64,000 nucleotides of DNA. Origin: a virus. Under the pieces are notes generated by a model, which saw only the letters and a program-made list of their open reading frames with translations, did not search any database and was not told where the DNA came from. The stretch is taken from IMG/VR virus record IMGVR_UViG_3300012971_000002, positions 1 to 64,000 of that record; one strand, 5' to 3'. The translations under genes were made by a program, and so were the position numbers. Shown piece by piece: positions 45,619 to 54,031 of this stretch (its first letter is position 1; the number at the start of each line of letters is the position of its first letter).

Positions 45619-45937
45619 TGCTCACCTTCAAGTAATCGCGGCATCGGTCATACCACAATATCCAGAGATATACCGTTTCAGCGTTCGCATAATTCGCAAG
45701 ACAAGGCAAACGGTGATGCGTCCATCGAGCATAGATCCCGAACATACTCTTTCGCTGCAATCGCATCGAACAGTGACGGCAAAACCCTGAGTTCTTCCAC
45801 TTCGCGGATCCACACACTGGACATTTGTAGCTTTTCCATTCTTTCTGGAATTGCTCGAACACTGGAAGAAGAACTGGCGCTAGAACGACAAATCCAGCGC
45901 CAGCCGTTGGAGCGCTATTCTTCACCTTCATCATCAA
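45536..45937 (-). CDS. hypothetical Cys-rich protein
   Basis: 133-aa ORF; CPVCGS...CRHC; 3' end overlaps DUF5131 start by 83 nt, so its extent is uncertain. Confidence 0.35.
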   Translation of the reverse strand: MMMKVKNSAPTAGAGFVVLAPVLLPVFEQFQKEWKSYKCPVCGSAKWKNSGFCRHCSMRLQRKSMFGIYARWTHHRLPCLANYANAETVYLWILWYDRCRDYLKVSNGKENKDRMDRRNVESDPRVLESERRL

Positions 45938-46544
45938 AAAGCTTTTCTTGCGTGTTCTTCATCTCGAGCCACATGTGAACGTTGTAGTTTGCATCCGCGA
46001 ACTTTGCCATTTCCCGGCTCCATGGCACCTGAAGTCTGAACTGGTAGCGAATCACTTTCAGCGCCGTGCCTTCGCCTTTCTTCTGGATCACGGCGATGTT
46101 CGCATGGGTTACTTTCGCGGCCGGTAGGCGCATCTCTTCTTCTTTGACATCGTGCGCCAAGAAAAAAGCGACAGTCTGACCGGGGACTTCAAAAGAGACT
46201 TTCGGCCGGTGCGGCCGTTTCACCCACTTCCAATTTTCTTCTACGATCTTCGAGAAGAGACCGGCGTGGGCATCGGTGAGCGCCAGCGACACGCGAAAGG
46301 AAATGATCTTGTCACTAGTCTTCGGTGCGTTGGCGAAGACTGGCGGCATGATGAACGCTTCGAACCGATCCTTGACTACCACCAGTCTTTTTTCTTTCGG
46401 CGTCTCGAGAAGTTCCGCTTGTTCACCGGCCGCGGCTGACTTGCCGTCCGATGGTGAATCTTCTTTTGGACCAATCCCACGGCTCCCAGTTTTCTTTGGC
46501 GCATTCTTCTTCGAAGGAAGAAGGTGCGGCTTGTTCTTTGCCAT
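45915..46544 (-). CDS. hypothetical protein with acidic C-terminal tail
   Basis: 209 aa; basic disordered N-terminus, ends LFDDEGEE (SSB-like tail, speculative). Confidence 0.55.
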   Translation of the reverse strand: MAKNKPHLLPSKKNAPKKTGSRGIGPKEDSPSDGKSAAAGEQAELLETPKEKRLVVVKDRFEAFIMPPVFANAPKTSDKIISFRVSLALTDAHAGLFSKIVEENWKWVKRPHRPKVSFEVPGQTVAFFLAHDVKEEEMRLPAAKVTHANIAVIQKKGEGTALKVIRYQFRLQVPWSREMAKFADANYNVHMWLEMKNTQEKLFDDEGEE

Positions 46545-46570
46545 AAACGCTCCTGAATTGTGTTTTGATA

Positions 46571-46620
46571 CAGCGGGGAATGCAGCGGGGACTATACCCT
46601 TGTTCGCTATGCAAGGTCAA
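46571..46620 (-). promoter_or_regulatory. candidate promoter TTGACC-N18-TATAGT followed by two 9-nt direct repeats
   Basis: Minus strand; TGA stop of upstream gene lies inside TTGACC; TCCCCGCTG-CAT-TCCCCGCTG starts right after the -10. Confidence 0.45.
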
Positions 46621-46994
46621 TTAGGGATTAGCTGTGCGAGCACAAGGCAATTATCCTTCCGGTTGACATCTCCGGCCCAACCGTGAGGAAGCGGTTTGAC
46701 AGATGTACCATTCCAGCCGGTGAAGCCGAACAGTTGCGCGATAGTGAATGCGATGTACGGATTCGGAAGAAGCTTGCTTGGTACGGAGATGCTGAGATGT
46801 CGCCACAACCCGCCATCTTTCGTCTTCGAGATCGTGAAGACACAGCGGAACGTATCCAAGTGACAGACATAGCGTGGATCGTCGCCGGGAATAAAATTAG
46901 ATCCTACGATGAAGTGGTTCTCCGCTCTCTCTGCGAAGTCTCGCACTTCTTTCACCTTTGGCTTTGCGGCTTCTTCATCGAGTACGCGGATCAT
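46617..46994 (-). CDS. hypothetical protein
   Basis: 125-aa ORF in minus gene train. Confidence 0.55.
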   Translation of the reverse strand: MIRVLDEEAAKPKVKEVRDFAERAENHFIVGSNFIPGDDPRYVCHLDTFRCVFTISKTKDGGLWRHLSISVPSKLLPNPYIAFTIAQLFGFTGWNGTSVKPLPHGWAGDVNRKDNCLVLAQLIPN

Positions 46995-47412
46995 TTTTCA
47001 CCTTCGCTGATTCATTCAACGCTGTGAGAGCCTTGTTTATCATTTCTTGAGTGAAACCGATTCGAATGAGTTCGCCACAGTAACCGATATAGTCCCCACC
47101 GTAGATCTTTCGTTCCATCGGTGTTTTCATTGCGTGAATCCGCATTGACACACAGTATAAATTCTCGAGAATATGGGGATCCGCTTTCGGTATGAACCGG
47201 CGCACGAAACGTTCTGGTAACAAATGGTCCACCGCACGCTTCCAAAGCCATTTCTTCCGGCCGTCCGGATTGACCACGACATAAAGCCCAAGGCAATCGC
47301 CGGAGATCTCACACTTTTTACCGGCTCGCTTGAAGACTTTATCCCGCTGTTCGATCCAGTGCTTGCGCCGCGGATACTTCCGTCCCTGAGTGCGTGTTTT
47401 CGATCTGAGCAT
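46975..47412 (-). CDS. HNH endonuclease-like protein
   Basis: 145 aa; KKCEISGD...AVDHLLPERF...NLYCVSMRIHAMKT fits a C-x-x-C/D-H...N...H-x-x-K HNH layout. Confidence 0.5.
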   Translation of the reverse strand: MLRSKTRTQGRKYPRRKHWIEQRDKVFKRAGKKCEISGDCLGLYVVVNPDGRKKWLWKRAVDHLLPERFVRRFIPKADPHILENLYCVSMRIHAMKTPMERKIYGGDYIGYCGELIRIGFTQEMINKALTALNESAKVKNDPRTR

Positions 47413-47770
47413 GTCGTTTCACCAAGTGAATTATCGTAGTGTGGTGCTTATTCAAGAGCGCTCCAATACGCGGATAGGTATATCCGAACTGTCGCGCCAT
47501 GACAGAAACTTTTTGCCGCGCTTCCACTAGTCGCGGCGTATTGCCACCGCCGATGATCTGCGCGGTAGAGATCTTCATCTCTTCGGCTACACTTTCAAGG
47601 ATGTTCCACAAGCGCCGGTCCTGATCTTTCCGGATGTCAATGGCGTTGATAGATAGTTCGCGCCGGATTGCTGACATACAATCCGAACAGACATTCGAGA
47701 ACAGCTTCATTACCACCGACATCGGCACTACAATGTGATCTAATTCGTTTTTTCCACTCATATTCACCAA
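47339..47770 (-). CDS. DnaA domain IV-like helix-turn-helix protein
   Basis: 143 aa; RLVEARQKVSVMARQFGYTYPRIGALLNKHHTTIIH parallels DnaA C-terminal R...aRq.amyl...s...IG..f..dHsTV. Confidence 0.6.
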   Translation of the reverse strand: MVNMSGKNELDHIVVPMSVVMKLFSNVCSDCMSAIRRELSINAIDIRKDQDRRLWNILESVAEEMKISTAQIIGGGNTPRLVEARQKVSVMARQFGYTYPRIGALLNKHHTTIIHLVKRHAQIENTHSGTEVSAAQALDRTAG

Positions 47771-47926
47771 CTTTCCACATTTCTATCCACAACCTAAACG
47801 AAAGAGATTAAAACCACTTACCTTGAAACCGCTTAAATTTTCCACAGCACCACCACTTGACTTATGGTTTACGCTATCCTTGGGTTTCAAGAAAAAGCCA
47901 CAGAAAGAGTCATCACAACCGCAAGA

Positions 47927-48178
47927 TCAACCATACTTTCTTGTAATTTCTTCGCCCTGTCGCAAGAGCATTTGTCTTCGAGTCTCGAGATCCTTGGCGC
48001 TCATCTGTGCCGGAAAGATATTCATGCGTCTGGCCAGATCCTTGACACTTCGCGCCACCGGTCCAGTGAAGAACCACCGGCCTTCGCCGGTCTCTAGGTT
48101 TTTGAAGTGTCGCCAGTGTCCAACACGAACAACGCGCTCACCGTTCAATACTTCAGCTTCCACTTCGATGAACGTCAT
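47927..48178 (-). CDS. hypothetical protein
   Basis: 83 aa from internal ATG forming an ATGA overlap with the micro-ORF upstream. Confidence 0.5.
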   Translation of the reverse strand: MTFIEVEAEVLNGERVVRVGHWRHFKNLETGEGRWFFTGPVARSVKDLARRMNIFPAQMSAKDLETRRQMLLRQGEEITRKYG

Positions 48179-48273
48179 TTGATTCCCTTGTGGCCACAGC
48201 CACACGGACAGCCTTTCTTGAAACAATCATCGTGACGGCCGGTCTTGCACGGATAACTGATCTTCACTTTCAT
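48175..48273 (-). CDS. Cys-rich micro-protein (32 aa, below track cutoff)
   Basis: Hand-translated MKVKISYPCKTGRHDDCFKKGCPCGCGHKGIK; ATGA overlaps at both ends link it into the gene chain. Confidence 0.4.
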   Translation of the reverse strand: MKVKISYPCKTGRHDDCFKKGCPCGCGHKGIK

Positions 48274-48785
48274 ACCGTTATTCCTTTCTTTCTATCGAAT
48301 AGTCCGGCCCAGTTTTGGAGCGTGGCATCGTCCACGTCCGCATAGGTGGACAGGATGAACTCCCATAATTCTTCATGGGTGCGGATCTTGAGCACGCGCA
48401 TCAAGCGCGACTGTAAGGATTCCGTGTCTTCATACTTTTCCGGATCCGGTTTGACGGCCGCGGCGAGATCCATGGAGACACGCCACGAGATCACACACTT
48501 ATTCTCCGGTGCCGGTGCATCCTTCTTGCGGATCCGGCTCGATGCGGCCATGGTGCCATTTTGGCCAGTTTTGATGATCTGATCTTTGGTATGGCCAACA
48601 TTGCGACAGATGAGAATTGCTTCCACTTTGCGCTTCAGGTTCGCAACCGGCGCTTCGATCCGCTTGGCTAGTCGCTGGATCTCATCTTCGCGCTGATCCG
48701 GTGGACAAAGAAAGGCGAACTCCACAAGCGAGCGCCATGCTTGCTGGGAATGATTTACGAAACGATCTCGCGTGGTGGGTGTCAT
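48270..48785 (-). CDS. hypothetical protein
   Basis: 171-aa ORF, ATGA-coupled on both sides. Confidence 0.55.
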   Translation of the reverse strand: MTPTTRDRFVNHSQQAWRSLVEFAFLCPPDQREDEIQRLAKRIEAPVANLKRKVEAILICRNVGHTKDQIIKTGQNGTMAASSRIRKKDAPAPENKCVISWRVSMDLAAAVKPDPEKYEDTESLQSRLMRVLKIRTHEELWEFILSTYADVDDATLQNWAGLFDRKKGITV

Positions 48786-49087
48786 TTCACATCATAGAAA
48801 TTACCGGGAGAGATTTTTGCTTCCGGCCCAAGTTCTTCGAGCATAAGCTTCGCGCAATCTTGACAGAGGATGATGGTTTTGAACTTCAATACGTTCGGCA
48901 AGTTCATATCGTGAACCGCCACCATGGCCTTGCAACAAAGACAACTGATTTTCCGCTTGGAGATGTTTGCATTCCTTCCCGGCCAGATCGGGCAGATCAA
49001 TATGTGTTGCTCTGTCCCTTCCGGTGCATCCGGGTAGGTGGCAATCAGGTGGCGCACTAACTTCAGGCGTTCTTCGAGGTCCATCAT
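48782..49087 (-). CDS. hypothetical zinc-binding-like protein
   Basis: 101 aa with seven Cys, including CLCC and CQDC pairs; ATGA overlap with recT stop. Confidence 0.55.
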   Translation of the reverse strand: MMDLEERLKLVRHLIATYPDAPEGTEQHILICPIWPGRNANISKRKISCLCCKAMVAVHDMNLPNVLKFKTIILCQDCAKLMLEELGPEAKISPGNFYDVK

Positions 49088-50598
49088 TCGAACTTCAATC
49101 CTTCTTGGCCTTCACCAGCGGCGGGTTTCTTCGTCTTGATCGGCGTCTTACCGTCTTCCATGAACTCGATCCCGCCGATGTTCTTGAGTCCCACGATCTG
49201 TGGACCATACTTCTCGTCATCATGGACGAAGAACGCACAATCCACGCCGTGCTCTTTTGCTTTCACCAGCCAATCGAAAAAGTTATGATCCCAAGTGTTC
49301 ATCCAGACCGCTCGAGCGCCGGTTTTCACCATCAAACTCATGTACGGAACTTTCCTCTTCGTGCTAGTCTTCAGTTCGGTTAGCTTGATGACAGCGCCAG
49401 AAACTAACCGCTGAGTGGAAGAAGACGGCGAGCGGAACTCTCCAGAACCACCAGCCTTCCCCTTTCCACTCTCCGCGGTCTTCGTGTTCCGGTCTCCTTT
49501 CGCATTACCAGAATCTTGTTTCTTCGGCGGTTGCTTGGTGGGCAACGTCTCGATGTATTCGTAATTGTTTTCATCGCAGACTGTTCGAAGGATCCCCAGA
49601 TCCTTGCCGGTAGCGACGTGCCAGAACTCATCCTTGCCCCAGACAAGTATTGCCTTTGCTTGGATCTTCTCGAGCGCTTCCGTGCTGCAATGCACCGATG
49701 GCCGTCTTTGATCGTCAGCGCGGGAATAATCCACTTCCACTTCGCCGGAGTATGTTCGCTTGGTGTGTGAAGCTTCCTCTTTCTGCCGGTCCACTTCCGT
49801 ATTGATCTTGTGCTGGGCTTTGGCCGCGCCGGTGACTGGTACGCCATTCGCATCGAAACCCTTGCTGTCCACGATCTGACGGCCACCATCGGTTTCGAGT
49901 TCGCGGCGCTGGGCCATCTCTTGGATGAGGAACACATTGCCTTGGCCGGGGAAGTTGCGCCGGTACGCTTTCGCTTGAGCGCACTTCTCGAGTTGATTCG
50001 TAGGCATTCGGTTCCAGAAGTCCGCTTTCTTCTCCGTGAGATCCTTTGGCGCGAACTCTTCCCAGTACACAGAGATCTCTACCGGCTCGCCACCCTTGCG
50101 CTTGACGGTGACCGTTGCGGTCTCGGGAATCCGGCGCTTTGCTGGTGTGCGCCGATCCGGTTCGAACCAAGTGAACTTCGCGTCACCGATCCCGCCGAAG
50201 TCTTTGTGATCTCGAGCGGCCATCATGGCGAAGCCATCAATCCCGGTGATCTGAACCATATCTTTGGGACCGGTGCCTTTGCGGCTTTCATCGTTATTGA
50301 AGAAGATGGCGTAGACTTGCTTGCGAAAAGGATCGAGACCGTTCGCTTCACAGCAATGCAGAAACAGCGCCAGTTGCATATCGTCCGCTTCTTTACAGAC
50401 CGTGCGCTTGATGAGATCCACTTTCGCCCGCGGCATCACGCGGCCCTGATACATCGGCTGGACTGGTGCCAGCGGTGCCGGTGCGGCCGGAACTATTGCG
50501 GTGACAGGATTAGCCTTCGCCTTCTTTCGGCGCGTCTTCCGGATCCGGCCAGCCTTCGGCCGGTTTCGTTTGATCGTCTTCTTCTTTGCGTGTGGCAT
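49084..50598 (-). CDS. recT: RecT-family single-strand annealing protein with about 250-aa C-terminal extension
   Basis: LALFLHCCEANGLDPFRKQVYAIFF...ITGIDGFAMMAARD...NQLEKCAQAKAYRRNFP is RecT-like; start set at ATG 50598 (GGGAGAGA SD), track start 50613. Confidence 0.8.
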   Translation of the reverse strand: MPHAKKKTIKRNRPKAGRIRKTRRKKAKANPVTAIVPAAPAPLAPVQPMYQGRVMPRAKVDLIKRTVCKEADDMQLALFLHCCEANGLDPFRKQVYAIFFNNDESRKGTGPKDMVQITGIDGFAMMAARDHKDFGGIGDAKFTWFEPDRRTPAKRRIPETATVTVKRKGGEPVEISVYWEEFAPKDLTEKKADFWNRMPTNQLEKCAQAKAYRRNFPGQGNVFLIQEMAQRRELETDGGRQIVDSKGFDANGVPVTGAAKAQHKINTEVDRQKEEASHTKRTYSGEVEVDYSRADDQRRPSVHCSTEALEKIQAKAILVWGKDEFWHVATGKDLGILRTVCDENNYEYIETLPTKQPPKKQDSGNAKGDRNTKTAESGKGKAGGSGEFRSPSSSTQRLVSGAVIKLTELKTSTKRKVPYMSLMVKTGARAVWMNTWDHNFFDWLVKAKEHGVDCAFFVHDDEKYGPQIVGLKNIGGIEFMEDGKTPIKTKKPAAGEGQEGLKFE

Positions 50599-50821
50599 CA
50601 CTGTCTCTCCCATCCATGCGCTTGCAAGTAAACGCCGGTTTGATCTCGTGAAGGAAATGGCTCCCGATGGACTTTGCTTCCATCAATGCGGAATAGTTTT
50701 CCGGTTCCACGCCGCTGTATTGGTAGATCGAGCCGCGCTTGAACTCTACTTCCAGCACTTTGGTTGCCGGATCGTAGCCAATACTGGCTAAGAGTGATGA
50801 CTTGATAGCAATTCGTTCCAT
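50510..50821 (-). CDS. KTSC domain protein
   Basis: 103 aa from ATG 50821; SSLLASIGYDPATKVLEVEFKRGSIYQYSGVEPENYSALMEAKSIGSHF fits the KTSC pattern; acidic tail overlaps recT start. Confidence 0.6.
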   Translation of the reverse strand: MERIAIKSSLLASIGYDPATKVLEVEFKRGSIYQYSGVEPENYSALMEAKSIGSHFLHEIKPAFTCKRMDGRDSDATRKEEDDQTKPAEGWPDPEDAPKEGEG

Positions 50822-51051
50822 AGTTGCTCCGTTTTTTCCTGAAGACATTGTTCCAGTAAGATCATGCAATCTTCGTCTGACTTTTCTTCGTGTTGGTTCA
50901 ACTTCAGGCTGAACTCTGATAACTGAAGCGCGGCAATACCAAACTCAATGGGAAGGTTTTTTTTCTTGGCATACTCAAGTCCGGCTTTCAGCATCACTTT
51001 TGAGAGTTCACCAAGTTCAGTCTTAACCCATGCTTTGCTGATCGGATCCAT
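50788..51051 (-). CDS. hypothetical protein
   Basis: 87 aa from ATG forming a TAATG overlap with upstream gene. Confidence 0.45.
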   Translation of the reverse strand: MDPISKAWVKTELGELSKVMLKAGLEYAKKKNLPIEFGIAALQLSEFSLKLNQHEEKSDEDCMILLEQCLQEKTEQLWNELLSSHHS

Positions 51052-51920
51052 TAGATTGAATCTTCCCAAGTGACCGTGATTCCGGGGCACTTTGCTTCCG
51101 CGGCCGCTTTTACTTGCTCGAGTGTGGCATCCTTCGGCATCTGTCCCCGCATTCCGCGTACCATCTGGCCGATCAGAACTTCGTTGGCCATAAGATACTC
51201 TCGCGGGATGGCATTGGCCGCGGTGATCGTAAACTTGAAGTTGACGCGGCGTTGTAATCCAGCAACGGCCGGAACATTCGTGAGCACTGTCATCTTTTCC
51301 ACCGGCGCATTCTTGGCCGCTTCGGCATCGGCTTCCGCTTGTGCTTTCTCCGCTTCTGCGATGTCGCCGGTCTCTCTCAAGAGCCGCGCACCTTCACGCT
51401 TGCCGATCTTCCCGGCTTTCATGTCGCGCTTGATCTCCGCAATCTTTTCCTTGCGACGTTCTTCCGCTTCCGCGAGATCCGCTTTGCGCTTGGCTTCGGC
51501 TTGTTCGCGCTGTTCTTTCGCCTTGGCATCGTTCAGCCGCTTCTCTTCGAGTTCTTTCGCCAGTCGTTCTTCGCGCTGGTAGTTCGTCATCTTTTTCTCG
51601 AGCATGTCTTCGGTGGGAGTGACCAATGTTTCATACGCGGTGATCTTGTTTTTGATGTAGTCCTGTCCGCGCTTCAGTAGTTCCTTCCACTTCTCCATAC
51701 TCTTACCACCAATCTTTTTGGTGGCGCGGATCTCTTTCAAAAGGTTTCCGGCATCCAAGAACGATGCGGGAGAGTTCACGAAGATCTTTTCCGCTTTCGG
51801 TTTAAGTTCCATCGTGAAGTGATGTTCTGCATTGGCAATCTCTACCAGTGAGTTCTCGATCCCATCCAGTTTGGTAGATGGAATGATCTCTACGACTGGC
51901 TTCGCCGTTTTACTTGCCAT
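51051..51920 (-). CDS. hypothetical coiled-coil protein
   Basis: 289 aa; long Lys/Glu/Ala/Arg helical centre; no family recognised. Confidence 0.6.
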   Translation of the reverse strand: MASKTAKPVVEIIPSTKLDGIENSLVEIANAEHHFTMELKPKAEKIFVNSPASFLDAGNLLKEIRATKKIGGKSMEKWKELLKRGQDYIKNKITAYETLVTPTEDMLEKKMTNYQREERLAKELEEKRLNDAKAKEQREQAEAKRKADLAEAEERRKEKIAEIKRDMKAGKIGKREGARLLRETGDIAEAEKAQAEADAEAAKNAPVEKMTVLTNVPAVAGLQRRVNFKFTITAANAIPREYLMANEVLIGQMVRGMRGQMPKDATLEQVKAAAEAKCPGITVTWEDSI

Positions 51921-51953
51921 GATGGTTGGTTTCCTTTCGTTTCGTGCGGAGAG

Positions 51954-52454
51954 TTACTTTATACCGCGTCTGACTTTGCTATGCAAGGGCTTTGTTTTAT
52001 TGGGTAACTTTACTTGGCGCATGTAGCCTTTGGCGATAATCTCCGCGATTGCTTCGCGGAGTTCGGTGCTCTTTTCTACTGTCAGTTTTGGCAGGATCCG
52101 CATGAAGTGAAGTTCGGTTAGGATGTCAATCGCCATGTGCGTGGCGTTGCGCTGAGTCTTCTTCTCGCGGACGGTCTTCGCATTCTTCCAGCCGTGAAGG
52201 ATCACGGTGCCACCGGCTTCGTACCATTGCTGGTATGTCGGAAGTGACTTGATCTTCGCTTCGTGCGCGGCCATGTTCGAAGCATTGGTGGTTTGAACCA
52301 GTGCAATCTCTCCCGGCCGCATCGCTAGAATGTCACCGAAGCCAAAAGCGTCAATCCGGCGTCTGGCGAATTGGTTGTACTTCTCCACGATGTGGCACGT
52401 CCAGCCTTCGGCGCGGAGTTTCTTGAGAGACCATTGCGTTGGTTTAGTGGCCAC
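51954..52454 (-). CDS. hypothetical protein, possible PD-(D/E)XK-like nuclease/resolvase
   Basis: 166 aa, GTG start; RRRIDAFGFGDILAMRPGEIALVQTT loosely resembles a D...(E/Q)xK core; position next to recT module; functional call weak. Confidence 0.4.
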   Translation of the reverse strand: MATKPTQWSLKKLRAEGWTCHIVEKYNQFARRRIDAFGFGDILAMRPGEIALVQTTNASNMAAHEAKIKSLPTYQQWYEAGGTVILHGWKNAKTVREKKTQRNATHMAIDILTELHFMRILPKLTVEKSTELREAIAEIIAKGYMRQVKLPNKTKPLHSKVRRGIK

Positions 52455-52620
52455 GGATCAATTCCTTTTCCAACTTGTTCAACGCTTCCAAGCCTTTTTC
52501 AATTTCATCTAACGTGGCCTTTGTAATTGGATGTTCGCTTTCTTCATCCGCGGCGAGCACTGTATTGAATGCTCTGTTCAGCGCTTTGCGGATTATCAAT
52601 AGTTCCGGTTTAGTGGCCAT
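52444..52620 (-). CDS. small helical hypothetical protein (58 aa, below track cutoff)
   Basis: Hand-translated MATKPELLIIRKALNRAFNTVLAADEESEHPITKATLDEIEKGLEALNKLEKELIRGH; GGTGAAAAATG RBS; overlaps downstream start by 11 nt. Confidence 0.4.
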   Translation of the reverse strand: MATKPELLIIRKALNRAFNTVLAADEESEHPITKATLDEIEKGLEALNKLEKELIRGH

Positions 52621-52740
52621 TTTTCACCTTGAAGCGCCAAACCAGATGATAAGTACCGGCGAAGTTGGCGAAGACATTGAAGTAAGTTCTTCCCCGCCAC
52701 GTTCGCCGGTACGGTCTCACCGAGAATGGAGCCTTGATCT

Positions 52741-53427
52741 TCACGCTGCCTTATCGTTTGTCTCGTCTTCGTCTTCTTCTGGTTTGTCGTAGACAGAGCC
52801 GCGGTGATCCTTGTCATCATCCGGCACGAAGACCGGCGTGATTCCCTTCTCGATCAGATCCTTCACTTCTTCGCTGTCACGCTGGGACTCGAGCACTAGC
52901 TTTTCGATTCGCTGTGGACGCCACACCTTGAAGATCCCCGGCTTAAAGACGATCTTCTCATCCAGTCCGGGGACAAGCCCGCGCTGTTCGTCTTCCTTTT
53001 CGGCCGGAACATAAGTCCGGATCGTCTTGGGATGTGCCAGAAGGATCCAAGTAATCCCAACCTTGAAACCGCGTGGGATTGCTTTGATGCGCCGGGAGAT
53101 CCCCATCTCCGCGCCTTCCTGATCGAAGTCCGCTGGTGTCTTGTAGAACTTTTCCCCGATCCAGAGAAGACCGGCTTTGCCCATCTCCGAAGTAGCCATG
53201 CAAAGCGGGCAAGCGAAGTCATCTTTGCAATCCGGGTGAACGCCACCAACCAAGAGCGCGACATCAACCCAAGTCCAGCCGCGGGATTGCTTGATCCCTT
53301 GTGAACAGCACGGACAGACTTCGAGCGGGATCGGGAGCCGGTCACACTCCACGCCACCGCCACCGCTCACCAAGTACAGACCGCCAACTTTCCGGAAACC
53401 ACAACCGCGACGTTTTTCTATTGCCAT
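52741..53427 (-). CDS. hypothetical Cys-rich protein
   Basis: 228 aa from ATG 53427 (AGGGAGAAAAAC SD); RGCGFRKVGGLYLV...CPCC...CPLC. Confidence 0.6.
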   Translation of the reverse strand: MAIEKRRGCGFRKVGGLYLVSGGGGVECDRLPIPLEVCPCCSQGIKQSRGWTWVDVALLVGGVHPDCKDDFACPLCMATSEMGKAGLLWIGEKFYKTPADFDQEGAEMGISRRIKAIPRGFKVGITWILLAHPKTIRTYVPAEKEDEQRGLVPGLDEKIVFKPGIFKVWRPQRIEKLVLESQRDSEEVKDLIEKGITPVFVPDDDKDHRGSVYDKPEEDEDETNDKAA

Positions 53428-53441
53428 GTTTTTCTCCCTTT

Positions 53442-53795
53442 TCAAAAACTGAAATCGTAGTATTCATCACGCTGGCCCAATGCGAGACCGGTTCCATTCT
53501 TTGTTGAACTACCGGCTTCCACCCAACGGCCGTTTTTGCGGAGAGTGAAGATAAACTTCACGCCTTCGGGATTCGGTTCGAAGGTATAAGACTGGCATTC
53601 GCTCTGACCATTCTTATCGGTGCGAATTGCTTTGTCTTGCTGAACCACGATGCGCTTCTTATTTTCTGAGATCTCAATTACCGTCGCCGCATGTCTATCC
53701 GAGTGAAAACAAAGCGTTGCTCCCATTCCTACGGCCGGATCCGGCATCTTGGAACTTTCGGCAATCCGATTCATTAAACCGCCGTACAGTCTCAT
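53442..53795 (-). CDS. hypothetical protein
   Basis: 117 aa from internal ATG forming an ATGA overlap with upstream gene. Confidence 0.5.
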   Translation of the reverse strand: MRLYGGLMNRIAESSKMPDPAVGMGATLCFHSDRHAATVIEISENKKRIVVQQDKAIRTDKNGQSECQSYTFEPNPEGVKFIFTLRKNGRWVEAGSSTKNGTGLALGQRDEYYDFSF

Positions 53796-54031
53796 TGCTC
53801 CCTCTCTTTTCTCACGTTGTAGCGTGGTCCAACTCCCAAATAAGGCTGAGGAACGAACTCGAACTCTTTCGGCGTAACCCAAACCGTTTCGCAGAGCACG
53901 CCAAGTTCCGCTTTCTTCGTATCGTAGGATCCCGGCGCATCGCCGCATTTCCGGTCTGGGAAGTGTTCAGTCAGGAAGGCATCGCGTTCTTCGATGGTGG
54001 CGAAAGTGATCTTGATCGTCATTCGTGACAC
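53792..54031 (-). CDS. hypothetical protein
   Basis: 79 aa, GTG start directly after upstream stop, GGGAGA 6 nt upstream. Confidence 0.5.
   Translation of the reverse strand: MSRMTIKITFATIEERDAFLTEHFPDRKCGDAPGSYDTKKAELGVLCETVWVTPKEFEFVPQPYLGVGPRYNVRKEREQ

Noticed and set aside
47771-47926. 156-nt gene-free gap upstream of the DnaA-domain-IV-like gene, searched for the TTAAACA-TTGACA cassette or an origin-like repeat array
   Set aside because: I found no copy of the cassette, no convincing -35/-10 pair and no iterons or DnaA-box-like 9-mers by eye. The + strand ORF 47823-48182 across it is a shadow ORF.
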